From assembly GCF_035652035.1 (NCBI RefSeq), contig NZ_DASREO010000097.1:310-64309 (forward strand): DNA of 64,000 bases. The letters are read 5' to 3'. The position numbers and the translations under genes were made by a program. Below the pieces are notes generated by a model. That model ran no database searches, had not been told where the DNA came from, and saw only the letters and a list, made by a program, of their open reading frames with translations. Shown piece after piece: positions 29,471 through 42,853 of this stretch. Numbering within the stretch: position 1 is the first letter of the stretch; each line of letters opens with the position of its first letter. Origin of the DNA: Bradyrhizobium sp. (GTDB taxonomy: Bacteria; Pseudomonadota; Alphaproteobacteria; Rhizobiales; Xanthobacteraceae).

Positions 29471-31528
29471 TTAGCCTCCCACACCGAACATGAACCAGGT
29501 GATGAAGCCGGCGACGCCGATCAGCATGGCGAAGGCATAGTGATAGAGATAGCCGGTCTGCAGTTTGATCGCGTTACGCGTGACGTCGAGCACCCGCGCC
29601 GACACTCCGTCCGGGCCCAGGCCGTCGATGATCTTGCCGTCGCCGACCTTCCACAGCGTGTAGCCGATCCACTTCGTCGGGCGGACGAGGATGAGGTCGT
29701 AGAGCTCGTCGAAGTACCACTTGTTGAGCAGGAACTGGTAGAGCAGCGGCTGCTGCCTCGCCAGATCAACCGGCAGATAAGGCCGGCTGATATAGAACAG
29801 CCACGCCACGAGGAATCCTCCAGCCATCATGAGCGTCGGCAGTTGTCCCAGGAGCGCCGGCATATGCTCCATATCTTCGAGGATATGAGGGTTCATCTTG
29901 AGCGATTCGCGGAAGAACTCCTCGACGCCGTGCGGGCCGGTGAAGATTTCCTTGAAGGGAAGACCGGCCGCGATCGATCCGAATGCCAGCAGGCCGATCG
30001 GAATCAGCATCGTCAGCGGCGCTTCATGCGCGGCCTCGTAGTGCTCCTGATCGTGCGGCTCGCCATGGAAGGTCTTGAAGATGAGGCGCCAGGAATAGAA
30101 CGAGGTCAGCCCGGCCGCGACCACGGTCGCGAGGTAGCCATAGGTCGCGAACGGATTGTGCGAGGCAAAGGCGGATTCGATGATCGCATCCTTCGAGAAG
30201 TAGCCTGCGGTGAGCGGAAATCCCGTCAACGCCAGCGTGCCGATCACCATCACCAGATAGGTGTAGGGAATCCGGTGCCGCAGGCCGCCCATGTTGCGGA
30301 TATCCTGCTCGTGATGCATCGCGTAGATCACCGAGCCCGAACCCAGGAACAGCAGCGCCTTGAAGAAAGCGTGGGTGAACAGGTGGAACATGCCGACCGA
30401 ATAAGCGCCCGCACCCATCGCGACGAACATGTAGCCGAGCTGCGAACAGGTCGAATAGGCGACGATGCGCTTGATGTCGTTCTGGACGAGGCCAATGGTC
30501 GCCGCGAAGAATGCGGTGGTGCCGCCGATGAACATCACAAAGGCCTGCGCGGTCGGCGCGAGCTCGAACAACGGTGAGAGGCGCGCCACCATGAAGACAC
30601 CAGCGGTGACCATGGTCGCGGCGTGGATCAGCGCGGAGACCGGCGTCGGACCTTCCATCGCATCGGGCAACCAGGTGTGCAGCAGGAACTGCGCCGATTT
30701 GCCCATCGCGCCCATGAACAAGAGCAGGCAGGTCAGGGTCAGCGCATCCGGATGCCAGCCAAACAAGTTGATCGTTTTTCCGGTCAGGCCGGGCGCTGCG
30801 CCAAAGATGGTTTCGAAATCGGTCGACCCGATCAGCATGAACACAGCGAAGATGCCGAGCGCGAAACCAAAGTCGCCGACGCGGTTGACCACAAAGGCCT
30901 TGATGGCGGCCGCGTTCGCCGACGGCTTCTGGTACCAGAACCCGATCAGCAGATAGCTGGCGAGACCCACGCCCTCCCAGCCGAAGAACAGCTGCACGAG
31001 GTTGTCCGATGTCACCAGCATCAGCATCGCGAAGGTGAACAGCGAGAGATAGCCGAAGAACCGCGGCCGGTACGGGTCTTCGTCCATGTAACCCATCGAA
31101 TAAAGATGGACGAGCGAGGACACCGTATTGACCACGACCAGCATCACGGCGGTCAGCGTGTCGACCCGGAGCGCCCAGGACACCTGAAGATCCCCGGAAT
31201 TGATCCACGGGAACAGCGCGATGCGGGCATCGTGGTGCTCGAAACCGACTTCGATCAGCGTCCACCACGACAGGATCGCAGCGACAATCAAGAAACCGGT
31301 CGTGATCCATTCGGCGGCGGCCGATCCGGCGGCCGGTGGCTCGGCGGCGTGATGATCGTCATGGCCATGATCGTCGTGAGCGTCCGCCGCATGCACCTCC
31401 GCGCCGTGAGCGTCACTGTGATGCTCGACTTCGTCGCCGCTCGGGTTGCGCCCATGCGCGCCGACGATCGAGATGGCTCCCGCAATGATGGCGCCGATCA
31501 GCGGCAGAAAAACGATTGCCTGAATCAT
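29471..31528 (-). CDS. nuoL: NADH-quinone oxidoreductase subunit L
   Basis: GKSAQF.LHTWLPDAMEGPTPVSALIHAATMV. Confidence 0.97.
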   Translation of the reverse strand: MIQAIVFLPLIGAIIAGAISIVGAHGRNPSGDEVEHHSDAHGAEVHAADAHDDHGHDDHHAAEPPAAGSAAAEWITTGFLIVAAILSWWTLIEVGFEHHDARIALFPWINSGDLQVSWALRVDTLTAVMLVVVNTVSSLVHLYSMGYMDEDPYRPRFFGYLSLFTFAMLMLVTSDNLVQLFFGWEGVGLASYLLIGFWYQKPSANAAAIKAFVVNRVGDFGFALGIFAVFMLIGSTDFETIFGAAPGLTGKTINLFGWHPDALTLTCLLLFMGAMGKSAQFLLHTWLPDAMEGPTPVSALIHAATMVTAGVFMVARLSPLFELAPTAQAFVMFIGGTTAFFAATIGLVQNDIKRIVAYSTCSQLGYMFVAMGAGAYSVGMFHLFTHAFFKALLFLGSGSVIYAMHHEQDIRNMGGLRHRIPYTYLVMVIGTLALTGFPLTAGYFSKDAIIESAFASHNPFATYGYLATVVAAGLTSFYSWRLIFKTFHGEPHDQEHYEAAHEAPLTMLIPIGLLAFGSIAAGLPFKEIFTGPHGVEEFFRESLKMNPHILEDMEHMPALLGQLPTLMMAGGFLVAWLFYISRPYLPVDLARQQPLLYQFLLNKWYFDELYDLILVRPTKWIGYTLWKVGDGKIIDGLGPDGVSARVLDVTRNAIKLQTGYLYHYAFAMLIGVAGFITWFMFGVGG

Positions 31529-31536
31529 GTCGCGCG

Positions 31537-31845
31537 CTAGCCCTTCATCAGATTGACGTCTTCAACCGCGATCGAGCCGCGATTGCGGAAATAGACCACC
31601 AGAACCGCAAGGCCAATCGCGGCTTCAGCGGCCGCCACCGTCAGCACCAGCAGCGCGAACACCTGGCCGACGATGTCGCCGATGAACGTCGAGAACGCTA
31701 CCAGATTGACGTTGACAGCGAGCAGGATCAGCTCGATCGACATCAAGATGATGATGATGTTCTTGCGGTTCAGGAAAATGCCGAGAATCCCGAGCGTGAA
31801 CAGGATAGCGCCGACCGCGAGATAGTGCCCCAGACCGATGGTCAT
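31537..31845 (-). CDS. nuoK: NADH-quinone oxidoreductase subunit K
   Basis: [20 protein letters not shown]; ATGA overlap with nuoJ. Confidence 0.96.
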   Translation of the reverse strand: MTIGLGHYLAVGAILFTLGILGIFLNRKNIIIILMSIELILLAVNVNLVAFSTFIGDIVGQVFALLVLTVAAAEAAIGLAVLVVYFRNRGSIAVEDVNLMKG

Positions 31846-32480
31846 TTCACCCACTCCGCCGCGTCCGCGTCCTGCAGGCCCTGGCCCGAAGCGACCTTGC
31901 GCACGGCCATCGCCAATTCAGGCGTCCGCGCATTCTGCACGTTGATGTCCTGCCGCTTGACGCTCGCCTTGTGGCGCAGCGTCAGCACGATCGCACCGAT
32001 CATCGCGACCAGAAGCACCATGCCGGCAAGCTGGAAGTAGTGGATGTACTTCGTATAGAGCACGAGGCCCAACGCTTCGGTGTTGCTGACATTGGTCGGG
32101 ATCGCCGAGGTGATCGACTTGGCGACGTTGGGGCTGATCACCCAGCTGCCCCCGATCAGAAGCAGCTCGACCAGGAAGATGCCGCCGATCACGATACCGA
32201 CCGGCAGATATTCGATGAAGCCCTCGCGCAGCTCGGCGAAATCGACGTCGAGCATCATGATCACGAACAGGAACAGCACCGCGACCGCGCCGACATAGAC
32301 GACGACCAGGATCATCGCTAGGAACTCGGCGCCCATCAGCACGAACAGGCCTGACGCGTTCACGAAAGCGAGGATCAGAAACAGCACGGAATGCACGGGA
32401 TTGCGCGAGACAATCACCATGACGGCGGAGGCCACGCAGACCCCTGCAAACAGATAGAAGAACAGAGCCGGAAGGATCAT
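31842..32480 (-). CDS. nuoJ: NADH-quinone oxidoreductase subunit J
   Basis: [26 protein letters not shown]. Confidence 0.96.
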   Translation of the reverse strand: MILPALFFYLFAGVCVASAVMVIVSRNPVHSVLFLILAFVNASGLFVLMGAEFLAMILVVVYVGAVAVLFLFVIMMLDVDFAELREGFIEYLPVGIVIGGIFLVELLLIGGSWVISPNVAKSITSAIPTNVSNTEALGLVLYTKYIHYFQLAGMVLLVAMIGAIVLTLRHKASVKRQDINVQNARTPELAMAVRKVASGQGLQDADAAEWVK

Positions 32481-32490
32481 CCCCTTAACC

Positions 32491-32985
32491 TCACCGGTAT
32501 GGCGCGTCTTGCGCGATCGACTTGGCTATCTCGCGCTCCCAGCGGTCGCCGTTCGCGAGCAGTTTTGCCTTGTCATAATAGAGCTCTTCGCGCGTCTCGG
32601 TCGCGAATTCGAAATTCGGCCCCTCGACGATCGCATCGACCGGGCATGCTTCCTGGCAAAGCCCGCAATAGATGCACTTCACCATGTCGATGTCGTAGCG
32701 CACCGTGCGGCGCGTGCCGTCGTTGCGCCGCGGACCGGCTTCGATCGTGATCGCCTGCGCCGGACAGATCGCCTCGCAGAGCTTGCAGGCGATGCAGCGC
32801 TCTTCGCCGTTCGGATAACGGCGCAGCGCATGCTCGCCGCGAAAGCGCGGTGAGATCGGGTTCTTCTCGAACGGATAATTGATGGTCGGCTTCGGCTTGA
32901 AGAAATAGCGCATGGCGAGAAAGAACGCCGAGACGAATTCCGTCAGCAGAAGCGAGCGCGCGGTGGCGTTGATATTGATGCTCAT
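32491..32985 (-). CDS. nuoI: NADH-quinone oxidoreductase subunit I
   Basis: Two CxxCxxCxxxCP 4Fe-4S motifs. Confidence 0.97.
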   Translation of the reverse strand: MSININATARSLLLTEFVSAFFLAMRYFFKPKPTINYPFEKNPISPRFRGEHALRRYPNGEERCIACKLCEAICPAQAITIEAGPRRNDGTRRTVRYDIDMVKCIYCGLCQEACPVDAIVEGPNFEFATETREELYYDKAKLLANGDRWEREIAKSIAQDAPYR

Positions 32986-32992
32986 AGCGACC

Positions 32993-34054
32993 TCATTTCG
33001 GCGCGATCCCCGCGAGTTGCAGCACGCCCGCCACGATCACCACCATCGCGAGCGACAATGGCAGGAACACCTTCCAGCCAAGCCTCATCAACTGGTCGTA
33101 GCGGTAGCGTGGGACGATGGCCTTGGCCATCGCGAACAGGAAGAACATGAAAAACAGTTTGAGTCCGAACCAGATGATGCCGAGCGGCGCCCAATTAAGG
33201 GGAAAGATGTCGATCGGCGAGGTCCAGCCGCCGAGGAACAGGATCGTCGCCATCGCGCACATCGTGGTGATCGCGACATATTCGCCAAGCATGAACAGGA
33301 GGTAGGGCGTTGAGCCGTACTCGACCATGAAGCCGGCGACGAGTTCGGATTCGGCTTCCACCAGATCGAACGGCGGACGGTTGGTCTCTGCCAGCGAGGA
33401 GACGTAGAACACCACAAACATCGGAAACAGCGGCCACACATACCAGTTCAGGATGGTCAGCCGCGGCAGTCCGATCAGAGAGGCGAAGCCGTGCAGCTTC
33501 TGCGCTTCCACGACGCCGGAGAGATTGAGCGTGCCGGCGCACAAGAGAACGGTGATGATCACAAAGCCGATCGAGACCTCGTAGCTCACCATCTGCGCCG
33601 CCGATCGGAGCGCCGCGAGGAACGGATATTTCGAATTCGACGACCAGCCGGCCATGATGATGCCGTAGATCGACAGCGAGGAAATCGCGAAGATGTAGAG
33701 AATGCCCACATTGATGTCGGCAATCGCCCAGCCGAGATTGGTTGGGATCACCGCCCAAGCGGCGAGCGCGAGCACGCAGCTGACGAGCGGCGCAAGGAGA
33801 AACACGCCCTTGTTGGCTCCGGCGGGAATGGTCGGCTCCTTCAGCACGAACTTGAGAAGATCGGCGAAGGATTGCAGCAGGCCCCACGGCCCGACCACGT
33901 TCGGGCCGCGGCGGATCTGCACCGCCGCCCAGATCTTGCGGTCGGCGAGCAGGATGTAAGCAATCGCAATCAGGAGAACGACGAGCAGCAGCAGGCTCTC
34001 GGCGACCATGATGATCAGCGGCAGCAGGGTACTGTTCCAGAATTCGACCATCAC
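32993..34054 (-). CDS. nuoH: NADH-quinone oxidoreductase subunit H
   Basis: [24 protein letters not shown]; start is GTG 34054 or ATG 34051. Confidence 0.97.
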   Translation of the reverse strand: MMVEFWNSTLLPLIIMVAESLLLLVVLLIAIAYILLADRKIWAAVQIRRGPNVVGPWGLLQSFADLLKFVLKEPTIPAGANKGVFLLAPLVSCVLALAAWAVIPTNLGWAIADINVGILYIFAISSLSIYGIIMAGWSSNSKYPFLAALRSAAQMVSYEVSIGFVIITVLLCAGTLNLSGVVEAQKLHGFASLIGLPRLTILNWYVWPLFPMFVVFYVSSLAETNRPPFDLVEAESELVAGFMVEYGSTPYLLFMLGEYVAITTMCAMATILFLGGWTSPIDIFPLNWAPLGIIWFGLKLFFMFFLFAMAKAIVPRYRYDQLMRLGWKVFLPLSLAMVVIVAGVLQLAGIAPK

Positions 34055-34055
34055 G

Positions 34056-36131
34056 TCACTCCGCCGCCGTCAGCATGTGCCCGTGGGCAAGCCGCGAGCA
34101 CTCCGCCATCACGGCAGAGGCCCGCGCGATCGGGTTGGTCAGATAAAAGTCTTCGACCTGCGCCTTGAACGGCACCTTTTCAAGATTGCCGCTCTTGCCC
34201 GCAAGCGTCTTGATGCTCGCCGCATCGCCGGCTGCGATCTGGTCAAGCCGCATCAGGTGCGGCACCGCCTTGAAGATCGCCTGCCGCAGGCTGGCAAGGC
34301 TGTCGTAAGGCAGTTTCTTGCCGAGAACTTCCGAGAGCGCCCGAATGATCGCCCAATCCTCGCGGGCCTCGCCCGGCGGGAAGCCGGCGCGGTTCGCCAT
34401 CTGCGCCCTGCCCTCGGTATTGACGAAGATGCCGGACTTTTCGGTGTAAGCGGCGCCGGGCAGGATCACGTCGGCGCGGTGCGCGCCGGCATCGCCATGG
34501 GTACCGATATAGACCACGAACGTCCCATCCGGCACCTTCACCTCGTCGGCGCCGAGCAGAAACAAGACATCCAGCGTTCCAAACGTCGTCATCTGCGCCG
34601 CGTTCAGACCGCCCGCTCCGGCCGTAAAGCTGATATCGAGGGCACCGGCGCGCGACGCCGTATCCTGCAACACGGCAAAGCCGTTCCAGCCATCCTTGAC
34701 CGCACCGACGTCGAGCGCGAGTTTCGCGGCCGTCGCCAGCACTGCGGCACCATCATGGCGGCCAAATGCGCCGGCGCCGACCAGCACGATCGGGTTCTTG
34801 GCGTTCTTCAGGACATCGGCAAAGGAGTGCTTGCCGCTAGCGAGATCGGCTAGCGAGTCCGGCCCCGCACCGACATAGTCGTAGTCATAGGTCAGATCGG
34901 GCTTGGCGCCGACGACGCCGACCTTGAGTTGACCGGTGCGCCAGCGCTTGCGAATGCGGGCGTTGAGAACGGCCGCTTCCTTGCGCGGGTTCGACCCCAC
35001 GATCAGAAGCGCATCGGCTTGATCAATGCCTGATATCGTCGGGTTGAAGATGTACGACGCGCGGCCGGCTTTCGGATCGAAGGCGTCGCCGCCCTGCACG
35101 GCGAGATTGACTGAACCGAACTTCGCCAGCAGCTCCTTCAGCGCGAACATCTCTTCAACCGCGGCAAGATCACCCGCAATCGCGCCCATGCGTTTGCCGT
35201 CGGTCCGCGAGACCTTGGCGGCAATCGCGGCAAAGGCCTGCTGCCATGACGCCGCCTGGAGCTTGCCGTTTTCGCGGATATAGGGACGGTCCAGCCGCTG
35301 CGTGCGCAGGCCGTCGACCACGTGTCGGGTCTTGTCGGATATCCATTCCTCGTTCACCGCCTCGTTGACGCGCGGCAGGATCCGCATCACCTCGCGGCCA
35401 CGCGTATCGACACGGATCGCCGATCCGACGCCATCCATCACGTCGACCGACTGGGTCTTGCCCAGTTCCCACGGCCGCGCGGCGAACGCATAAGGCTTCG
35501 AGGTCAGCGCGCCGACCGGGCAGATGTCGACGAGATTGCCCTGCAACTCCGAAGTCAGTGCGCTCTCGAGATAGGTCGTGATCTCCATGTCCTCGCCGCG
35601 GCCGGTTGCGCCCATTTCCGGCGCGCCGCAGATTTCGGCGGAGAAGCGGACGCAGCGCGTGCACTGGATGCAGCGGTTCATCGAGGTCTTGACCAGCGCG
35701 CCGAGATACTTGTCCTCGACCGCGCGCTTGTTTTCGGCAAAGCGCGAGGTGTCGACGCCGTAGCCCATGGCCTGATCTTGCAGGTCGCACTCGCCGCCCT
35801 GGTCGCAGATCGGGCAATCGAGGGGATGGTTGATCAAAAGGAATTCCATCACACCTTCGCGGGCCTTCTTCACCATCGGCGAGCGGGTGGAGATTTCCGG
35901 CGGCTCGCCCTTCGGGCCCGGACGGCAATCGCGCACGCCCCAGGCGCAGCTTGCCACCGGCTTCGGACCGCCCTTCACCTCGACGAGGCACATCCGGCAA
36001 TTGCCGGCGATCGAAAGCCGCTCGTGGTAGCAGAAGCGCGGAATTTCGGCGCCCGCGGCCTCGCACGCCTGCAACAGCGTGTATTCGGCAGGCACATCGA
36101 TTTCTTTGCCATCGACAATGAGTTTGGTCAT
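34056..36131 (-). CDS. nuoG: NADH-quinone oxidoreductase subunit G
   Basis: IPRFCYH...[29 protein letters not shown]. Confidence 0.97.
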   Translation of the reverse strand: MTKLIVDGKEIDVPAEYTLLQACEAAGAEIPRFCYHERLSIAGNCRMCLVEVKGGPKPVASCAWGVRDCRPGPKGEPPEISTRSPMVKKAREGVMEFLLINHPLDCPICDQGGECDLQDQAMGYGVDTSRFAENKRAVEDKYLGALVKTSMNRCIQCTRCVRFSAEICGAPEMGATGRGEDMEITTYLESALTSELQGNLVDICPVGALTSKPYAFAARPWELGKTQSVDVMDGVGSAIRVDTRGREVMRILPRVNEAVNEEWISDKTRHVVDGLRTQRLDRPYIRENGKLQAASWQQAFAAIAAKVSRTDGKRMGAIAGDLAAVEEMFALKELLAKFGSVNLAVQGGDAFDPKAGRASYIFNPTISGIDQADALLIVGSNPRKEAAVLNARIRKRWRTGQLKVGVVGAKPDLTYDYDYVGAGPDSLADLASGKHSFADVLKNAKNPIVLVGAGAFGRHDGAAVLATAAKLALDVGAVKDGWNGFAVLQDTASRAGALDISFTAGAGGLNAAQMTTFGTLDVLFLLGADEVKVPDGTFVVYIGTHGDAGAHRADVILPGAAYTEKSGIFVNTEGRAQMANRAGFPPGEAREDWAIIRALSEVLGKKLPYDSLASLRQAIFKAVPHLMRLDQIAAGDAASIKTLAGKSGNLEKVPFKAQVEDFYLTNPIARASAVMAECSRLAHGHMLTAAE

Positions 36132-36138
36132 TGCTGTC

Positions 36139-36627
36139 TCAAGTCTTTCCCAGCTTGCAGTCCGGCGGCGTGACGCTGGCGGTTTTCAAGGATGTCTTCA
36201 CCCATTCCTGGGTGACGGTGCCATAGGTCGCGAGATAGCCGGGCGCAGCCTGGTTTTTCTCGCAGAGAAACGGCAGATGCGGCTTCAGGTCGTAGTCGCA
36301 GGAAGCGAGCCACTCGCGCTTGTCGGCAAATGCGCCCATCGCTTCTTCGCAGGCATTGAGGAAATACGAGACGAAGCTTTCGTACTGCACCACAACCTCG
36401 CGGCCGCCGGCCTTGATTGCCTCGTAGTCCGGCGACGAGAACTTCGGATTTTTGAATGCGAGATCGGTATAGGCGAGATAGGCTTGCCGCGCGGCGACGG
36501 CACGATTGTTGGAGCGGATTTCGCTGACCTGGAACAGGATCGCCAAAAAGCCGAGCAGCGCTACGCTCGCCTGCGCCATCTGCGCGAGCGTTCCGAACTT
36601 CTGCCAGAATGTAGCGGGCAGCGCCAT
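36139..36627 (-). CDS. Hypothetical membrane-anchored protein inserted between nuoF and nuoG
   Basis: 162-aa ORF filling the gap almost exactly; GGAG/AGGA SD; N-terminal TM; 4 Cys. Confidence 0.75.
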   Translation of the reverse strand: MALPATFWQKFGTLAQMAQASVALLGFLAILFQVSEIRSNNRAVAARQAYLAYTDLAFKNPKFSSPDYEAIKAGGREVVVQYESFVSYFLNACEEAMGAFADKREWLASCDYDLKPHLPFLCEKNQAAPGYLATYGTVTQEWVKTSLKTASVTPPDCKLGKT

Positions 36628-36632
36628 CAATC

Positions 36633-37957
<1,325 letters not shown>

Positions 37958-37958
<1 letters not shown>

Positions 37959-38569
37959 CAGGTCACTTCCTTCAGCGTCGTCGGTCCGCCGACAGGCGCG
38001 GAGAACTGGCGATCGATTTGCGGTCCTGGCTTCGGCGGATTGCCGGAGGCAAAGCCGTCCAGCACCTTGCCGAAACTGTCCTTGGTCAGGTCCTCGTAGG
38101 TGTCCTTCCAGATCAGGACCATCGGCGCGTTCACGCAGGCCCCCAAACACTCGACCTCTTCCCAGGAAAAATTGCCGTCCTTCGACAGCTGGAAGGGATC
38201 GTGGTGAATGCGGCTCTGGCAGACCTCGATCAGATCGGCCGCGCCACGCAGACGGCACGGCGTGGTGCCGCAGACCTGCACATGCGCCTTCTTGCCGACC
38301 GGCGCCAGCTGAAACATCGTGTAGAACGTCGCGATCTCCAGCACGCGGATGTGGGGCATATCGAGGAGGTCAGCGACCGCACGGATTGCGGCTTCCGACA
38401 CCCAGCCCTCATGCTGCTCCTGGACCCGCCACAGGATCGCAATCGCGGCCGAGGCCTGACGGCCTTCCGGATATTTGGCGATCTCTTTCTTGGCCCACGC
38501 CAGATTTTCCGGCGTGAACGCAAAACTCGCTGGCTGGACTTCCTTGGGTGCAAGGCGGCGAACGGACAT
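37958..38569 (-). CDS. nuoE: NADH-quinone oxidoreductase subunit E
   Basis: ATFYTMF, CGTTPC, ECLGAC 2Fe-2S ligands. Confidence 0.97.
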
Positions 38570-38582
38570 CGTATTCAGTCTC

Positions 38583-39548
38583 TCATTGCATGCGGCGGCC
38601 GGCGCTCGCGTTCATGGCAGCAATCCGCTGCTGCCAGAAGCTACTTGCCGTGCCGAAGACGTTGTAGCCGATGTGGGTTGAAACCTTGATGCGATCGAGG
38701 ATCGAGAGCTCGGTCACGGTTTCAAAACGGTTGGAGCGGGGATCATAGACGATAAGTTTGAGCGGCGTCTGGTCGAGAATGTAGCGCGAGACGGTATGAT
38801 CCGGATCGTTGCCGTGCTCCTCGCACATGATCACGCTGTCGCCGGCCAAGAGCCCGGCGCCGCCCTTGATGGCCTCGATCTCGACACCCTCGACGTCGAG
38901 CTTGATCAAATACTTTCCACCGGACGAAATCTTTCCCTCGCTGAGAAGATCGTCGAGCGCCATGACCGGCACGTCCTCGCCGCCACCAGCCGTGCCGCCG
39001 GCGATGCTGAACGCTTCGTGCTTGGTCCCCGACAGTCGGGCGGTGCCCTTGGCGGAGCCGATCGCGCATTTCAACGTCTCGAAGCGATTGCCGTTGACGC
39101 GCGCGTTATTGGCGAGCTTGGAAAAGTTTTCCGACGACGGCTCGATCGCGATCGCACGGTGCGCGCCAAATGGCTTGCTTGTCACCAGCACCGACCAGTA
39201 GCCGAAGTTGGCCCCGCAATCGAGCAGCATGTAGTCGACGTCACTGGAATGACGAAACAGCAATTCGAGTTCGTCTTCGTAATGGTAGGAGCGATCGAGC
39301 AATTTGCTCCAGTAGCCCTCGCCATAGGGAAACTCGAACGTCGCATCTTCATTCAGTTTGATCGCGATATTGCGCTCGGGCAGCGTCTTGCGCAGCAAGT
39401 TGGCGCAACCGATGTAGCCGCGGTGCGAAAAATGCGACGATACTTTTGCTCCCGTCGCCAGCGCCAGCGCAGCCGTCCGCTCCCACAGGTTGGCCCCTTC
39501 CAGGGCCCCCGAGGCGCGGTCAAACTGGATTGGCGGCGGTGCGATCAC
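38583..39548 (-). CDS. FkbM-family SAM-dependent methyltransferase inside the nuo operon
   Basis: [21 protein letters not shown]; GTG start overlaps the nuoD stop (GTGA). Confidence 0.88.
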   Translation of the reverse strand: MIAPPPIQFDRASGALEGANLWERTAALALATGAKVSSHFSHRGYIGCANLLRKTLPERNIAIKLNEDATFEFPYGEGYWSKLLDRSYHYEDELELLFRHSSDVDYMLLDCGANFGYWSVLVTSKPFGAHRAIAIEPSSENFSKLANNARVNGNRFETLKCAIGSAKGTARLSGTKHEAFSIAGGTAGGGEDVPVMALDDLLSEGKISSGGKYLIKLDVEGVEIEAIKGGAGLLAGDSVIMCEEHGNDPDHTVSRYILDQTPLKLIVYDPRSNRFETVTELSILDRIKVSTHIGYNVFGTASSFWQQRIAAMNASAGRRMQ

Positions 39549-40741
39549 CGATCGACCTCTCCGAACACGATGTCGAGCGAGCCGAGAATGGCCGACACGT
39601 CGGCGAGCAGGTGGCCGCGGCAGATGAAGTCCATTGCCTGCAGATGCGCAAAGCCCGGCGCGCGGATCTTGCACTTGTAGGGCTTGTTGGAGCCGTCGGA
39701 GACGAGATAGACGCCGAATTCGCCCTTTGGTGCTTCCACCGCGGCATAGACTTCGCCGGCCGGCACATGGAAACCTTCGGTGTAGAGCTTGAAGTGATGG
39801 ATGAGAGCTTCCATCGAGCGCTTCATCTCGCCACGGCGCGGCGGGAAGATCTTGTTGTCCTGGATTGCAACCGGGCCCTGCCCGTCAGGCGCGCGAAGCT
39901 TGGCGATGCACTGCTTCATGATCTTCACCGACTGCCGCATCTCTTCCATACGGATGCAGTAGCGGTCGTAGCAGTCGCCGTTCTTGCCGATCGGAATGTC
40001 GAAATCCATCTCGGCGTAGCATTCATAAGGTTGCGCCTTGCGCAAATCCCACGCCGCACCGGAGCCGCGCACCATCACGCCCGAGAAACCCCACTCCCAG
40101 GCCTGCTGCAACGTCACGACGCCAATATCGACATTGCGCTGCTTGAAAATGCGATTGCCCGTGAGCAGCGTTTCGAGATCGTCGACCACCCTGGGGAAAG
40201 CATCGCACCAGGTGTCGATATCGTCGATCAGTTTCGGCGGCAGGTCCTGATGCACGCCGCCGATGCGGAAATAGGCCGCATGCATGCGCGAGCCCGAGGC
40301 GCGCTCATAAAACATCATCAGCTTCTCGCGCTCTTCAAAGCCCCACAGCGGCGGGGTGAGCGCACCGACGTCCATCGCCTGCGTCGTGACATTGAGAAGA
40401 TGCGAGAGAATGCGGCCGATCTCGCAATAAAGCACGCGGATCAGCTGTCCGCGGCGCGGCACCTCGATGCCGAGCAGCTTTTCAGCCGCCAGACAAAACG
40501 CGTGCTCCTGATTCATCGGCGCGACATAGTCGAGCCGGTCGAAATACGGGATCGCCTGCAAGTACGTCTTGTGCTCGATCAGCTTTTCCGTGCCGCGGTG
40601 AAGCAGGCCGATATGCGGATCGACGCGGGCGACCACCTCGCCGTCAAGCTCCAGCACCAGACGCAGCACGCCGTGCGCCGCTGGATGTTGCGGGCCAAAG
40701 TTGATGGTGAAGTTGCGAAGGTTTTGCGGTTGCTCGTTCAT
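39545..40741 (-). CDS. nuoD: NADH-quinone oxidoreductase subunit D
   Basis: [33 protein letters not shown]. Confidence 0.98.
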   Translation of the reverse strand: MNEQPQNLRNFTINFGPQHPAAHGVLRLVLELDGEVVARVDPHIGLLHRGTEKLIEHKTYLQAIPYFDRLDYVAPMNQEHAFCLAAEKLLGIEVPRRGQLIRVLYCEIGRILSHLLNVTTQAMDVGALTPPLWGFEEREKLMMFYERASGSRMHAAYFRIGGVHQDLPPKLIDDIDTWCDAFPRVVDDLETLLTGNRIFKQRNVDIGVVTLQQAWEWGFSGVMVRGSGAAWDLRKAQPYECYAEMDFDIPIGKNGDCYDRYCIRMEEMRQSVKIMKQCIAKLRAPDGQGPVAIQDNKIFPPRRGEMKRSMEALIHHFKLYTEGFHVPAGEVYAAVEAPKGEFGVYLVSDGSNKPYKCKIRAPGFAHLQAMDFICRGHLLADVSAILGSLDIVFGEVDR

Positions 40742-41355
40742 GGCTTCGGCTCCGCTTTTGCTTTTTCATCGCCCGGCAGCGGATAGTCGGCGCCCTCCCA
40801 GGGTGACATGAAGTCGAACTTCCGGAATTCCTGGTTGAGCCGCACAGGCTCGTACAGCACGCGCTTTTCCTGGTCGTCGTAGCGGACCTCGACGAAGCCG
40901 GTGAGCGGGAAATCCTTGCGCAGCGGATGGCCGTCGAAACCGTAGTCGGTCAGAAGGCGCCGCATGTCCGGATGGCCGACAAAGATCACGCCGTAGAGAT
41001 CGTAGGTCTCGCGCTCGAACCAGTCGCAGCCCGGAAACACAGAGATGATCGACGGCACCTGCGTGGTCTCGTCGGCCTCGCCGCGCAGACGGATGCGCGT
41101 GTTCAGCGTCGGCGACAGCATGTGATAGACCACGTCGAACCGCTTCTCGCGGCCCGGATAATCCACCGCCGTCACGTCGGTCAGGTTGACGAAGCGGCAC
41201 GCGGGATCGTCGCGGAGATAGCGGACCACATCGACGATGCGTTCGAGCTTCACATCCACCGTGAGCTGGTTGAACGCCACCGCATGGCCCGTCGCCGCGC
41301 CGGCCAGCGCGCCAACGATCGTGTGCCCCAAAGCGTCAAGCTTGCCGTCGTCCAT
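40738..41355 (-). CDS. nuoC: NADH-quinone oxidoreductase subunit C
   Basis: [26 protein letters not shown]. Confidence 0.97.
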   Translation of the reverse strand: MDDGKLDALGHTIVGALAGAATGHAVAFNQLTVDVKLERIVDVVRYLRDDPACRFVNLTDVTAVDYPGREKRFDVVYHMLSPTLNTRIRLRGEADETTQVPSIISVFPGCDWFERETYDLYGVIFVGHPDMRRLLTDYGFDGHPLRKDFPLTGFVEVRYDDQEKRVLYEPVRLNQEFRKFDFMSPWEGADYPLPGDEKAKAEPKP

Positions 41356-41368
41356 CCCAAAACCCTAG

Positions 41369-41965
41369 CTAGCGTTCGATGGTTCCGGTGCGCCGGATCT
41401 TCTTCTGCAACAAGAGGACGCCGTAGAGCAGCGCCTCCGCCGTGGGCGGGCAGCCGGGCACGTAGATGTCGATGGGCACGATGCGGTCGCAGCCGCGCAC
41501 CACCGAATAGGAGTAGTGGTAATAACCGCCGCCGTTGGCGCATGATCCCATCGAGATCACGTAGCGCGGTTCCGGCATCTGGTCGTAAACCTTGCGCAGC
41601 GCCGGCGCCATCTTGTTGGTGAGCGTGCCCGCCACGATCATCACGTCGGATTGCCGCGGCGAAGCGCGCGGCGCAAAGCCGAAGCGCTCGACGTCATAGC
41701 GCGGCATCGACACCTGCATCATCTCGACCGCACAGCAGGCAAGACCGAAGGTCATCCACATCAGCGAACCCGTGCGCGCCCAGGTGATCAGGTCATCGGC
41801 GGCCGCAACGAAGAAGCCCTTGTCGGAAAGCTCGTGGTTGACCTCGAGAAAAAAGGGATCGTTGGCGCCGACCGGCTTTCCCGTGGACGGGTCGATGATG
41901 CCGGCCGCGGCGGGGGCAACCGCCGGCGCGAACCCTGGCTTGACGGGAGCTGGGCTCAATCCCAT
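41369..41965 (-). CDS. nuoB: NADH-quinone oxidoreductase subunit B
   Basis: [31 protein letters not shown]; start at MGLSP. Confidence 0.97.
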   Translation of the reverse strand: MGLSPAPVKPGFAPAVAPAAAGIIDPSTGKPVGANDPFFLEVNHELSDKGFFVAAADDLITWARTGSLMWMTFGLACCAVEMMQVSMPRYDVERFGFAPRASPRQSDVMIVAGTLTNKMAPALRKVYDQMPEPRYVISMGSCANGGGYYHYSYSVVRGCDRIVPIDIYVPGCPPTAEALLYGVLLLQKKIRRTGTIER

Positions 41966-42321
41966 TCGAGAGCGCCTTTCTTCCATTCGTAGGCAAACCC
42001 GACCGTAAGCACGGCCAGAAATACAAACATCGACCAGAAGCCGGTCCCGCCCAGCTTTCCGTAGGCGACCGCCCACGGAAACAGGAAAGCAACTTCGAGA
42101 TCGAAGATGATGAAGAGGATGGCGACGAGATAGAAGCGGACGTCGAACTTCATGCGGGCGTCGTCGAAGGCGTTGAAGCCGCACTCGTAGGCCGACAGCT
42201 TTTCCGGGTCCGGCTGCTGGAACGCGACCAGGAACGGCGCGATCAAGAGCACCAGACCGATCAGGCCGGCGACGGCGATAAACACCACAAGGGGAAGATA
42301 ATTCTGCAGGATGCCGGTCAT
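41956..42321 (-). CDS. nuoA: NADH-quinone oxidoreductase subunit A
   Basis: [29 protein letters not shown]. Confidence 0.97.
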   Translation of the reverse strand: MTGILQNYLPLVVFIAVAGLIGLVLLIAPFLVAFQQPDPEKLSAYECGFNAFDDARMKFDVRFYLVAILFIIFDLEVAFLFPWAVAYGKLGGTGFWSMFVFLAVLTVGFAYEWKKGALEWD

Positions 42322-42658
42322 CGGCGGGGCCTTATTTTTGCTGCGGTCATCGGGGTCCGCAGATTCGTTCATGAGAATTGTTCCGAGGCTTAGCGCAGCG
42401 CACCAAGGGGCGCAAGACAAGGTATCTTGACGCCCTTTCCGGCCCCTCGCGGCGTGGAAAACCGCCCTCGTGTCTCACCGACCGCGCCCGAATTTCGCGG
42501 CTCAAAAATCCCTTGAAGGCCGGCCACACCGGCGGGGCCGCTCCGGGCATCCGAGACGGGAATGAAACCATTTTCCGGAGTCGACGAAACCAGCTGGAAA
42601 CAATTGGAGGGTACATCGGGAACCAACAGACGGCGCCAAAGACGCCTCGGAGGCTTCC

Positions 42659-42853
42659 ATGAACCACTCCATTCACTCGGCTGACCGTGCGACCCACCTG
42701 AAGATCGTGGTGGTGGCGCTGATCGCCGGGATCGCCGTTGCCGCGTTTGGCATTTCAGCCCGCGTGAGCGCCGACTACAGCCAGACCGCCGGGGTCATGA
42801 AGGCCGGCAAGCCGGTCGTCCTGACCAGCTCGGACACCGTGACCGTTCGCTAG
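42659..42853 (+). CDS. Small single-TM hypothetical protein (64 aa)
   Basis: GGAGG SD 5 nt before ATG; hydrophobic stretch IVVVALIAGIAVAAFGI. Confidence 0.75.
   Translation: MNHSIHSADRATHLKIVVVALIAGIAVAAFGISARVSADYSQTAGVMKAGKPVVLTSSDTVTVR

Noticed and set aside
31340-31440. His/Asp-rich insertion near the NuoL N-terminus
   Set aside because: Low-complexity His-rich loops are common in rhizobial NuoL; nothing links this one to the copper locus.
42615-42650. Possible EcfG promoter (GGAAC) before the 64-aa gene
   Set aside because: The expected CGTT element is absent at 16-17 nt spacing.
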